From Actinomycetota bacterium (GTDB taxonomy: Bacteria; Actinomycetota; Actinomycetes; Nanopelagicales; Nanopelagicaceae), in contig JBEGTC010000001.1 of NCBI GenBank assembly GCA_041179565.1, forward strand, positions 1 through 32,898: DNA of 32,898 nucleotides, in the 5' to 3' direction. Positions 19,268-28,020 of this stretch are shown here, piece after piece. The position numbers and the translations under genes are program-made. The notes below the pieces were generated by a model, which made no database searches, was not told the origin of the DNA, and saw only the letters and a list, made by a program, of their open reading frames with translations. The stretch's first letter is position 1; every line of letters starts with the position of its first letter.

Positions 19268-20133
19268 TGAGAGATAACTACCAGGGCTTTCGCGCGCTAT
19301 TGGTCCATGCTCATCCTGATGATGAGACGATCAATAACGGCGCGACCATGGCGCTCTACGCTGATCTTGGCGCGCAGGTAACGCTAGTGACCTGCACCAG
19401 GGGAGAAGAAGGCGAAGTCCTGGTTCCGGAGCATGCTCATAAAGCAGCAGCTAACGATGATCTCCTCGGCGAACATCGAACCGTCGAATTAGCCGAGGCG
19501 ATGAAGGCCCTTGGGATAAGTGATCATCGCTTTCTTGGCGCTCCTGAGACTCGCTACCGCGACAGCGGAATGATGGATACCGAACCAAACAAGCGACCTG
19601 ATTGTTTCTGGCAAGCAAACTTTGAGCAGGCCACCTCTTATCTAGTTGAAATCATCGAAGAGGTGAAGCCACATATCTTGATAACTTACGATGAGTTCGG
19701 CGGTTACGGACACCCCGATCACATTCAAGCTCATCGCGTTGCTATGGCGGCTGCCGAGAAGTCGGTCTGGGAGATTCCTAAGATTTACTGGAATGTGATG
19801 CCTCGGTCGGTTCTCCAAGAGAGCATCGACAAGATGAAAGCGCTCGGCTCGGACTTTATGGGGGTCGACTCCGCTGACGATCTTCCTTTCTGTAAAGATG
19901 ATTCTTTTGTATCAGCTCATATAGATGGCAATAGCTATGTCAATCAGAAGATGGCGGCGATGCGCGCACATGCGACACAGATTGCCGTCGATGGACCTTT
20001 CTTCGCCCTATCTAATAACTTGGGTCTGCAGGTGTGGGGCCATGAGTACTACACCTTGATTAAGGGCGAACGAGCTGGCGATCTCGATGAGCATGGTCGC
20101 GAGCGAGATTTATTCGCCGGAATCACGCTCTAA
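19267..20133 (+). CDS. mshB: GlcNAc-Ins deacetylase of mycothiol biosynthesis
   Basis: [37 protein letters not shown]...FALSN; start at the TAATG overlap (19267). Confidence 0.9.
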   Translation: MRDNYQGFRALLVHAHPDDETINNGATMALYADLGAQVTLVTCTRGEEGEVLVPEHAHKAAANDDLLGEHRTVELAEAMKALGISDHRFLGAPETRYRDSGMMDTEPNKRPDCFWQANFEQATSYLVEIIEEVKPHILITYDEFGGYGHPDHIQAHRVAMAAAEKSVWEIPKIYWNVMPRSVLQESIDKMKALGSDFMGVDSADDLPFCKDDSFVSAHIDGNSYVNQKMAAMRAHATQIAVDGPFFALSNNLGLQVWGHEYYTLIKGERAGDLDEHGRERDLFAGITL

Positions 20134-20445
20134 ATGCGTTTCCTTGCATCGCTGCTCATCGGCGCAGGAACTGCAGCAATCGCCATACTTCTCCATCAGA
20201 GCCTGCCGCCATTTGGCGTCGCAACTTCGCTCTTCTTTACCTACATCGCTATCTGGATGATTGGTCGAACCTTTGCGGCACGAAGATATAAATTCTTTGC
20301 AGCGATAGCTTGGCTTTCGGTAATTCTCCGTGGCGGTACTGTCGGAGTCGGTCAAGAGATATTGGTTCAGGGAGATAGCGTTGGTTCAGCGCTCTTGTTA
20401 CTTGGCACGTTTGTATTAGCTGCCGCAATTCTTGCCCGAAATTAA
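20134..20445 (+). CDS. Small membrane protein following mshB (DUF6113-like)
   Basis: Four hydrophobic segments; position directly after mshB is conserved in actinobacteria. Confidence 0.65.
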   Translation: MRFLASLLIGAGTAAIAILLHQSLPPFGVATSLFFTYIAIWMIGRTFAARRYKFFAAIAWLSVILRGGTVGVGQEILVQGDSVGSALLLLGTFVLAAAILARN

Positions 20446-22025
20446 CGAGTTCGTTCCCAGCTCTGCCCGTCAGCGGTATCTCTTACCGCGATAGCTAATT
20501 CGGCGAGTTGATCACGAAGCCGATCTGCCTCCGCCCAATTCTTGTTCGCTCGAGCTGCGGCACGTAATTCGAGCAGTTGATTAATCTCAGGTGAAAGCGG
20601 CTCTTCCTCATCCACGCCGCGGTCTAAATCAAGGCCTAGTAATTGATCGGCATAGAGAAAGATTGCTCGCTTATCTTGCGACCCAATCGTGCTCTCTTTC
20701 TCGATAGCGCGGAGCCGGAGAATAATTTTCGGCGTATCGAGATCGTTCATCATGAAGGTGTTTATATCGGAATCAAATTTCACATCTTCAGAACTACCCC
20801 AGGAATCAACCGCCTTTCGCCACCGCTTTAGCGTGGCATCAGCGGCACGTAGCTGCTCCCAAGTCAGATCAATCTGTGATCGGTATCGATTCTCCAGGAG
20901 CGCAAAGCGAAGTGCGAGCGGGTCTAAACCTGCCTCTATTAGATTGCTGACCAGCAGCACATTTCCAGAGCTCTTCGCCATCTTCTTACCTTCAAAGAGG
21001 AGGTGTTCGCCATGAAGCCAGTGCTGAACAACATCTCTGCCCGCAATTGAATTGGTCTGTGCGCGCTCATTCTCGTGGTGCGGAAACCTTAAATCTATTC
21101 CGCCCACATGTAATTCAATCTGATTACCGAGGAGGTCGAGTGACATCGCAGTGCACTCAATATGCCAGCCTGGAAATCCAGTGCCCCACGGTGAAGGCCA
21201 GACCATCTCGCTACGATCGTGGGCCAGTTTCCAGAGCGCCCAATCGGCATGAAATTTCTTTCCACCATCACCTGTGTATTCATAGCGGTGGCCTGGCTTT
21301 AAATCATCTAACTTATTGCCGCTTATCGCACCGTAACTCTCGAACGATTGAGCATCGAAATAAACATTGCCATCACTGCCGATATAAGCGGCGCCCACCT
21401 CAATCAATTTCTCAATCGAGGTGATAATTAAATCCATACTCTCACTTGCCCGTGGATACTGGTCCGCAGGTTTGATATTTAACTCAGCTAAATCTCGATG
21501 GAAGCGCTCCTCATACTTTTGCGCGATTTGAGTTGCGGTGAGGGATTGTTTGAGCCCTTCCTGTAGAACTTTATCTTCATCGAGATTCTCGCTCATATGT
21601 CCAACATCGGTAATGTTCTGAACGACAGTGACTTCGTGGCCAGAGATCTCTAACGCCCGAACTGCAAGATCGGCAAGCAAGAAGGTGCGCATATTTCCAA
21701 CATGGGCATCACGATAAACGGTTGGCCCGCAGCAATAAACTCGTACCGGTGCATCTGGCTTCGCAATCTGCATGACTGCACGGGAGCGGGTGTCATAGAG
21801 TTTTAACTCTTGTGAGCGAATATCGCGGCGGTTAAAAACAGGAACTACTCTAAAGAATGCAATCTCGTCGATTTCAAAGGTATGGGACTGTCCATCGCGC
21901 GAGACGATAGTTGTCTCATTCTGTAATACGCCGAGGAGATCTCGGAATGGAACCTCGCCTGAACTCTTGAGGCGAAGCGAGACCCGTTTGCCGATAGCTG
22001 AGGCAACCGCGCCATGAAAGTTCAT
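20442..22025 (-). CDS. cysS: Cysteine--tRNA ligase with an extra ~73 aa N-terminal SH3-like domain
   Basis: CGPTVY, HVGN (HIGH), PGWHIEC, GGIDLRFPHHENE, KMAKS (KMSKS), anticodon domain R..AR..KNWAEADRLRD. Confidence 0.9.
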   Translation of the reverse strand: MNFHGAVASAIGKRVSLRLKSSGEVPFRDLLGVLQNETTIVSRDGQSHTFEIDEIAFFRVVPVFNRRDIRSQELKLYDTRSRAVMQIAKPDAPVRVYCCGPTVYRDAHVGNMRTFLLADLAVRALEISGHEVTVVQNITDVGHMSENLDEDKVLQEGLKQSLTATQIAQKYEERFHRDLAELNIKPADQYPRASESMDLIITSIEKLIEVGAAYIGSDGNVYFDAQSFESYGAISGNKLDDLKPGHRYEYTGDGGKKFHADWALWKLAHDRSEMVWPSPWGTGFPGWHIECTAMSLDLLGNQIELHVGGIDLRFPHHENERAQTNSIAGRDVVQHWLHGEHLLFEGKKMAKSSGNVLLVSNLIEAGLDPLALRFALLENRYRSQIDLTWEQLRAADATLKRWRKAVDSWGSSEDVKFDSDINTFMMNDLDTPKIILRLRAIEKESTIGSQDKRAIFLYADQLLGLDLDRGVDEEEPLSPEINQLLELRAAARANKNWAEADRLRDQLAELAIAVRDTADGQSWERTR

Positions 22026-22055
22026 ACCGCCACTTTATTGGGACATTCCAGACTC

Positions 22056-22151
22056 TGCAGGGTTAGACTTGCCACCTGCATTGCCGGGCCTAGCCGAGAA
22101 AGCTAAGCCTCAAACCGCACTTCAAGAGATGCCCTATAGAGGAGGCCCATC
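22056..22151 (+). promoter_or_regulatory. Ferredoxin promoter and ~75 nt structured 5' leader
   Basis: -10 TAGACT 22064-22069; SD AGGAGG 22140-22145; stem 22086-22110. Confidence 0.5.
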
Positions 22152-22472
22152 GTGACTTATGTGATTGCTCAGCCTTGTGTCGATGTGAAAGATAAGTCAT
22201 GTCGTGAAGAGTGCCCAGTCGATTGCATCTATGAAGGCTCACGAATGCTCTATATCCAACCCGATGAGTGTGTTGATTGCGGCGCCTGTGAGCCGGTCTG
22301 TCCAGTAGAGGCGATCTACTACGAAGACGATGTTCCGGGTCAGTGGCAGGACTATAAGAAGATCAATACCGAGTTCTTCGTCGAGCTAGGTTCGCCTGGC
22401 GGAGCGTCAAAGGTGGGACAGACAAACTCAGACCACCCTGATGTCAGCGCACTTGGGCCACAAGCTTCCTGA
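22152..22472 (+). CDS. fdxA: 7Fe ([3Fe-4S][4Fe-4S]) ferredoxin
   Basis: MTYVIAQPCVDVKD..C..ECPVDCIY...ECVDCGACEPVCPVEAI. Confidence 0.95.
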   Translation: MTYVIAQPCVDVKDKSCREECPVDCIYEGSRMLYIQPDECVDCGACEPVCPVEAIYYEDDVPGQWQDYKKINTEFFVELGSPGGASKVGQTNSDHPDVSALGPQAS

Positions 22473-23529
22473 TTTTCCGTGGGATGCGCTCGCACCATAT
22501 GGCGCAACTGCGAAAGAACATCCAGCTGGAATTATCGATCTCTCCGTTGGAACTCCGGTAGATCCAACTCCTGAATTTATTCAAGCTGCGCTACGCGAGG
22601 CAGCGAACTCGCCAAGTTACCCACTTACTATGGGGACTCCGGAGTTGCGTAGCGCAATAAGCGATTGGGCTCGCACCAAGTTAGGTGCAACGGGGGATTT
22701 TGGAGTTCTTCCGCTCATTGGTTCGAAAGAGTTTGTTGCCTGGCTTCCCACATTTCTGACATCGCAGAGCGTTCTCTACCCAGAGGTTGCTTATCCGACT
22801 TATCTTGTTGGCGCTATGTTGGCGAAAGCTGAAGCTACAGCAGTTGATTTCGACGCCACACAATGGCCTAGCGCAAATTTAGCGTGGGTGAATTCTCCAT
22901 CAAATCCAACTGGCCGTGTCCATAGTGAGAGAGAACTTCGATCTGCGATTAACTGGTCTCGAAAGACAGGTGGAGTTGTAGTTTCAGATGAGTGCTATTT
23001 GGAGTTTGGTGACTCAACTACTCCACAATCTATCTTGAACTTCACCGAGGGCAACAACGAGAAAATTCTTGCTGTGCACTCACTCTCCAAGCGATCTAAT
23101 TTGGCGGGGTATCGAGCAGCGTTCGTTGTCGGTGACCCACAGTTGATTGCGCAGATTCTTGAGGTTCGCAAACACGCTGGCATGATGGTGCCACTTCCAA
23201 TTCAACGCGCAATGGTTGCAGCGCTCGCCGATTCAGAACATGTCGCAGTACAAAGAGGTCGATATAACGCCCGCAAGGCTGAGCTAATCCCAGCGCTCAA
23301 GAGCGCAGGCTTCGCCATCGATTTCTCTGATGCCGGCCTCTATCTATGGGCTACTCGCGATGAAGATTGTTGGGACTCTGTCTCATGGCTTGCTCGGATA
23401 GGAATACTTGCAACTCCAGGAATCTTCTACGGCGAGAAGGGTGGTCGCCATATACGAATTGCGATGACCGCTACCGATCAACAAATTTCAGAGGCGGGAG
23501 CTCGTATCAAAGCAGCGGTGAGCGCCTAA
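22441..23529 (+). CDS. dapC: Succinyldiaminopimelate transaminase
   Basis: LPDFPWD, DLSVGTPVDP, NSPSNPTG, SDECY, HSLSKRSNLAGYR (PLP Lys); follows fdx. Confidence 0.93.
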   Translation: MSAHLGHKLPDFPWDALAPYGATAKEHPAGIIDLSVGTPVDPTPEFIQAALREAANSPSYPLTMGTPELRSAISDWARTKLGATGDFGVLPLIGSKEFVAWLPTFLTSQSVLYPEVAYPTYLVGAMLAKAEATAVDFDATQWPSANLAWVNSPSNPTGRVHSERELRSAINWSRKTGGVVVSDECYLEFGDSTTPQSILNFTEGNNEKILAVHSLSKRSNLAGYRAAFVVGDPQLIAQILEVRKHAGMMVPLPIQRAMVAALADSEHVAVQRGRYNARKAELIPALKSAGFAIDFSDAGLYLWATRDEDCWDSVSWLARIGILATPGIFYGEKGGRHIRIAMTATDQQISEAGARIKAAVSA

Positions 23530-23531
23530 CT

Positions 23532-24500
23532 ATGGCCGTTGGCATACTTCTAGTTGGTGGCTTTGGTACTCGACTCAAGCCACTCACATCAGAGTCACCT
23601 AAACCGATGTTGCCAGTTGCTGGCTTGCCGGTAACTGAACATCAAATACTCGCCGCCCAACGTGCAGGTATTCATACGCTGGTCCTTGCTACCTCTTATC
23701 TCTCTGAAGTTTTTACACCGTACTTCGGTGATGGCTCTCAGTGGGGAATTAAGATCCGCTATGCAGTAGAGGAGCAACCACTCGGCACAGGTGGTGCAAT
23801 TCGAAACGCGGCCGAACTCCTAGAGCTCAACAATCTCGGCGATGAGCCGATAGTTATCTTTAATGGCGATGTACTAAGCCGACACTCAATCGCAGATCAA
23901 ATAGCTTTTCATCAGAGCAAGCGCGCGGAGGCAACGCTCCACCTGATTGAGGTAGAGGATGCTCGAGCCTTTGGTTGCGTTCCTACCGATAGCGATGGTC
24001 GAGTTACCGCATTTCTAGAGAAGATGGATAATCCAATTACCAACTCAATCAACGCTGGTTGCTACGTCTTCCAGCCATCGGTAATCAAAGAGATTCCATT
24101 GGGCACAGTTGTGAGCGTTGAGCGAGAGACCTTTCCAGCCCTTGTTGCAGAAGGTCGCCGAGTCTTTGGCTATAAAGAGGGCGCCTATTGGCTCGATGTC
24201 GGCACTCCTGCCGCGCTCTTCAAAGGCTCACGTGATCTAATCGATGGTGAATATCTCGCCCAGAGCGGTTCTTCAATCTCACCGACCGCTCACATTACGG
24301 GTAAGAGCTCGCTCGGTCGGAACGTCACTGTTGGCGATGGGGTGGTTATTGACGATTGCATCATCGGCGATGGCGCCACAATCGGGGCAGGTGCGCGACT
24401 TTCTCACTGCTTTATCTTCCACGGTACAGAGGTCGCACCAGGGGTTGAGAAATCACACTTTTATCTCTCTCAACAGCTCTCAGAGCCGATAAAGCTGTAA
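23532..24500 (+). CDS. Mannose-1-phosphate guanylyltransferase (NDP-sugar synthase)
   Basis: LVGGFGTRLKPLT...PKPMLP, PLGTGGAI, FNGD, FLEK, WLDVGTP, hexapeptide tail; start trimmed to ATG 23532. Confidence 0.88.
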   Translation: MAVGILLVGGFGTRLKPLTSESPKPMLPVAGLPVTEHQILAAQRAGIHTLVLATSYLSEVFTPYFGDGSQWGIKIRYAVEEQPLGTGGAIRNAAELLELNNLGDEPIVIFNGDVLSRHSIADQIAFHQSKRAEATLHLIEVEDARAFGCVPTDSDGRVTAFLEKMDNPITNSINAGCYVFQPSVIKEIPLGTVVSVERETFPALVAEGRRVFGYKEGAYWLDVGTPAALFKGSRDLIDGEYLAQSGSSISPTAHITGKSSLGRNVTVGDGVVIDDCIIGDGATIGAGARLSHCFIFHGTEVAPGVEKSHFYLSQQLSEPIKL

Positions 24501-24549
24501 AAAATCGACTTTTACTCAGTATTTGACCACTACTCCGCTAGACCAGGGG

Positions 24550-24578
24550 TTGACTTACTCGGATTACATGGGTGTAAT
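24550..24578 (+). promoter_or_regulatory. SigA-type promoter of whiB
   Basis: TTGACT (24550-24555), 17 bp spacer, TGTAAT (24573-24578); SD GAGGAG 24627-24632. Confidence 0.75.
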
Positions 24579-24641
24579 TCATCCCTAGAGCGCTGAAATC
24601 TAGATTGGATTTCGCCCTAATGACTTGAGGAGATTCGACGC

Positions 24642-24950
24642 ATGCCGATCCGCCCAGAAGGTTTCTCGACTGGCAAGCCATCAGCCCCCACTGCTGGACC
24701 AACAATTCAACTCGCCAATGGCGAAAATATGGAGCTCTCCTGGCAGGAGCGCTCACTCTGTGCGCAGACTGATCCAGAGGCCTTCTTCCCAGAGAAGGGT
24801 GGCTCTACTCGTGAGGCGAAGCGAGTCTGCCTCTCCTGCGAGGTCCGCCAAGAGTGCCTCGAATACGCGCTCGCTCATGATGAGCGCTTTGGAATCTGGG
24901 GAGGCCTCTCCGAGCGTGAGCGCCGCCGCCTCAAGCGTCGCCCAGCGTAA
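24642..24950 (+). CDS. whiB: WhiB family Fe-S transcription factor (WhiB/WhiB2 orthologue)
   Basis: WQERSLCAQTDPEAFFPEKGGSTREAKRVCLSCEVRQECLEYALAHDERFGIWGGLSERERRRL, 4 Cys. Confidence 0.95.
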   Translation: MPIRPEGFSTGKPSAPTAGPTIQLANGENMELSWQERSLCAQTDPEAFFPEKGGSTREAKRVCLSCEVRQECLEYALAHDERFGIWGGLSERERRRLKRRPA

Positions 24951-24960
24951 AGGTAAGAGC

Positions 24961-24979
24961 CTTTTCGCCTGACGAAAAG
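24961..24979 (+). other. 7-bp hairpin between whiB and the large GT2 gene
   Basis: CTTTTCG-CCTGA-CGAAAAG perfect inverted repeat; no U-tract follows. Confidence 0.5.
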
Positions 24980-24987
24980 CACGACTC

Positions 24988-27900
24988 ATGAGCACCCCAC
25001 GCATCACTGCACTCCTTGTCGTGCACGATGGCGCAACGTGGCTACCTGAGGTTGTCGCATCAATCGCATCACAGAGTCGTAGCGCAGATCAAGTTCTTGC
25101 AATTGATACCGGCTCGCTCGATGCCTCAGCAAAGCTATTAAAGGGTGCGCGCATTCCGACCGTCACACTTGAACGAACAACTTCATTTGGCGCAGCTATC
25201 TCCTATGGCATCTCTCAACTTCCAGTTCCTATTGAAGGAGTGGAGGAGTGGCTCTGGATTCTCCATGATGATTGTGCGCTCGATCCCCACGCGTTAGAGG
25301 AGCTCATCGTCGCTATCTCTGAACGTCCCAATGTTGTGATGGCTGGTCCAAAACTTCTTGGTTGGCACGATCGTACCCACCTACTTGAAACTGGAATCAG
25401 TATCGCAACCAATGGTGCGCGATGGACTGGACTCGAGCCAAATGAATACGATCAAGGTCAGCGAGATGGTATCCATGAAGTTCTTGCCGTAAGCACAGCT
25501 GGAGCGCTTATCCGTCGAGATGTATTTGAGGAACTCGGTGGATTTGATCTCAATTTGGAACTCTTTAGAGATGATGTCGACTTCGGCTGGCGCCTTCATA
25601 CCGCTGGCCACTCAGCGATAGTTGTGACCTCTGCCATCGGTTATCACGCACAAGCTGCCGCTACCGAACGTCGCGAGATAGATATCGCTGGAGCGCCACT
25701 TCATCGCCCATTACTACTGGATCGACGAAATGCTGCCTACGTCTTACTTGCCAACTCGTCGTGGTGGAAATTACCGCTTCTAGTTCTGCAACTCCTAGGT
25801 GGAGCAGGTATACGTTCAATTGGATATCTCTTTGCGAAACTTCCTGGATATGCAGCAGATGAGATTCTGGCGATTGCATCTCTACTTATTCATCCCGGAG
25901 AGCTCATCGCTGCGAGAAAGCGCCGTAAGGCATCTCGTTTAGTTTCATCTGGAGTTGTCAGTCGCTTTATTCCTTCTCGATGGACCCAGATACGTGCCGG
26001 CTTCGGCCATGTCATCGAACGGATACGGACAGCAATATTCCCAGAAGATATAGATTCCGCTCCCATTCTTAGCGAGCTCGAGATCAATGAAGATGAAGAG
26101 ATACTTCAACCCCTTGCCACCAACTCATGGAAGGTCTTCTTCACCAAGCCGGTCGTGATTGTTTCGACCTTTCTTCTCATTCTTACTTTCGGTTGGACTC
26201 GCCATAGATGGGGTTCGATTTCCGGAGGCGCACTTGCTTCATCGCCTCAAGGCGTCTCCGATATCTGGCGCTTCTTCTTGGAGAGTTGGCATGAGGTTGG
26301 CATGGGCTCAAATCAAGTTGCGCCCGTCTGGATACTCTTCGTTGGAATCGGCTCACTCTTAACTCTGGGCAATGTGCCGCTATTTATCTCAGCCTTCTTC
26401 ATCACTGCGCCATTTCTCGCACTCTGGGCGGCGCACCGGCAGATTGGAAAGGTAAGTTCGAGCCCGGTTCTCACTGCCGGCGCCTCATTGCTCTACGCCC
26501 TATCGCCCATTTCAATCTCTGCAATTAATGGTGGCCACTTAGGCGTAGTAGCGCTCCTCATTCTGCTTCCTACATTTCTAGCAATTCTCGGAAGTTGGTA
26601 TGAAATTGAAAAGAGATCTACCCGAAATTTATTTGCAACCGCGCTCTTCGCTTGGACTTTAATTGCTCTTAATCCATCGCTATTGATAATTCTCCTGGCA
26701 GGAACAATTTTCTTCGTCGTTCGAGACTTCTTAATGGCTGATCGAAACTATCGCGATCCGCTTTTTCTGATTCGAACAGCAAAGCGCTTGATTCTCTTGC
26801 TTGTACCTGTAGTTCTGCTCCTCCCTAATTCGCTTGTTTATATCATCCATCCATCACGGCTCTTATTGGAGATTGGTATCAACCAAGCAGGTGGCGGCGG
26901 GAATATCGCTCTCTTGGCTAATCCAGGTGGCGCTGGTTCGTTGCCGTGGTGGTCAATTAGCCCAATTACCTTGCTCTTAGTTATGACCTATTTCGCTACA
27001 ACTCAAGCCCGGAAATATGCTGCATTCGGCGTTGGGTTCCTGCTGAGCGGTGCAGTAGTGGCTTCATTGCAAGTGAGTGGAAATGGATCTACCAGCAACG
27101 AGAGTGTCTTTGCCGGAGCTTTCATCACAATTGCAACCTACCTTGCTGTGATTTCAGCTGCGCTTCTCTTCAACGATCTGCGTTCTCGTTTAGAGAGTTC
27201 TCATCTCAATATCCAGCACTTTGCTGTCGCAGTCGTGGCGCTCATCTCTATCTCCTATGCCGCCACCGCATCGACTTGGGTCTTCTCTGCTGGCGCAGCT
27301 TCGCCGGTTCAGCGAGCAAGTGAGCAGGTACTTCCGGCGTTTCTTGCAGTTGAGAGTGATGCTAAGACTTTGGTAATTCGCCAAGTTGTAGAAGATAACG
27401 AACGAACGCTCGCATATTACATCGCTCGTGGTGGCGCAGTAACTCTCGGCCAGCCAGATGTGGCAATAGAGAATGAGAAGATTCTCACCGATGCTGTAGA
27501 AGGATTGATTGATAATACCGGTGTTACCAGTTCAAGAATTTTCGCTGAGTTTGGAGTCAAATATATATTTGTAAAGAACCCAGCTAGCCTTGAGTTAATT
27601 CAAACCATCGATGGGTTGGGCGGGTTTGAGAGATCTTCAGCTACCGATGCCGGCACTGTATGGAAAGTGAGCCAAAGCACCGGTGCGGTTCGATTTACAG
27701 ATTTCGCTGGTGCAGTGAAGGTACTTCCGATCTCCCTCGGCGCAGTATCTGTTCCAGGACCAGGCACCTTGACGCTAACCGAGCGCTATAGCCAATCGTG
27801 GCAGGCGCTCTCTGCTGGAGTGCGGCTCGAGCGATCACGAAACGAGTACGGTTTCCCACAATTTAAAGTCTATGAAAGCGGCGAGGTTGTATTCCTCCAT

Positions 27901-28020
27901 GATGGAACCATTCGCCGAACTTGGCTCTCGATCTTCTTAATCGCCTTAGTGACAACCATCGTTATGGCGCTGCCAGCCGGACGTCGCCGTCGTGAGATAG
28001 CAGATAAGGAGATCGCATGA
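24988..28020 (+). CDS. Large GT2 glycosyltransferase fused to a polytopic membrane domain
   Basis: ITALLVVHDG, WLWILHDD, GPKL, GGFD...FRDDVDFGWR, then many TM segments and an extracellular domain. Confidence 0.88.
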   Translation: MSTPRITALLVVHDGATWLPEVVASIASQSRSADQVLAIDTGSLDASAKLLKGARIPTVTLERTTSFGAAISYGISQLPVPIEGVEEWLWILHDDCALDPHALEELIVAISERPNVVMAGPKLLGWHDRTHLLETGISIATNGARWTGLEPNEYDQGQRDGIHEVLAVSTAGALIRRDVFEELGGFDLNLELFRDDVDFGWRLHTAGHSAIVVTSAIGYHAQAAATERREIDIAGAPLHRPLLLDRRNAAYVLLANSSWWKLPLLVLQLLGGAGIRSIGYLFAKLPGYAADEILAIASLLIHPGELIAARKRRKASRLVSSGVVSRFIPSRWTQIRAGFGHVIERIRTAIFPEDIDSAPILSELEINEDEEILQPLATNSWKVFFTKPVVIVSTFLLILTFGWTRHRWGSISGGALASSPQGVSDIWRFFLESWHEVGMGSNQVAPVWILFVGIGSLLTLGNVPLFISAFFITAPFLALWAAHRQIGKVSSSPVLTAGASLLYALSPISISAINGGHLGVVALLILLPTFLAILGSWYEIEKRSTRNLFATALFAWTLIALNPSLLIILLAGTIFFVVRDFLMADRNYRDPLFLIRTAKRLILLLVPVVLLLPNSLVYIIHPSRLLLEIGINQAGGGGNIALLANPGGAGSLPWWSISPITLLLVMTYFATTQARKYAAFGVGFLLSGAVVASLQVSGNGSTSNESVFAGAFITIATYLAVISAALLFNDLRSRLESSHLNIQHFAVAVVALISISYAATASTWVFSAGAASPVQRASEQVLPAFLAVESDAKTLVIRQVVEDNERTLAYYIARGGAVTLGQPDVAIENEKILTDAVEGLIDNTGVTSSRIFAEFGVKYIFVKNPASLELIQTIDGLGGFERSSATDAGTVWKVSQSTGAVRFTDFAGAVKVLPISLGAVSVPGPGTLTLTERYSQSWQALSAGVRLERSRNEYGFPQFKVYESGEVVFLHDGTIRRTWLSIFLIALVTTIVMALPAGRRRREIADKEIA

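Noticed and set aside
20442..22025. Calling the CysRS-like gene mshC because it neighbours mshB
   Set aside because: It retains the C-terminal anticodon-binding domain and has CGPTVY rather than the MshC-type CGITPY
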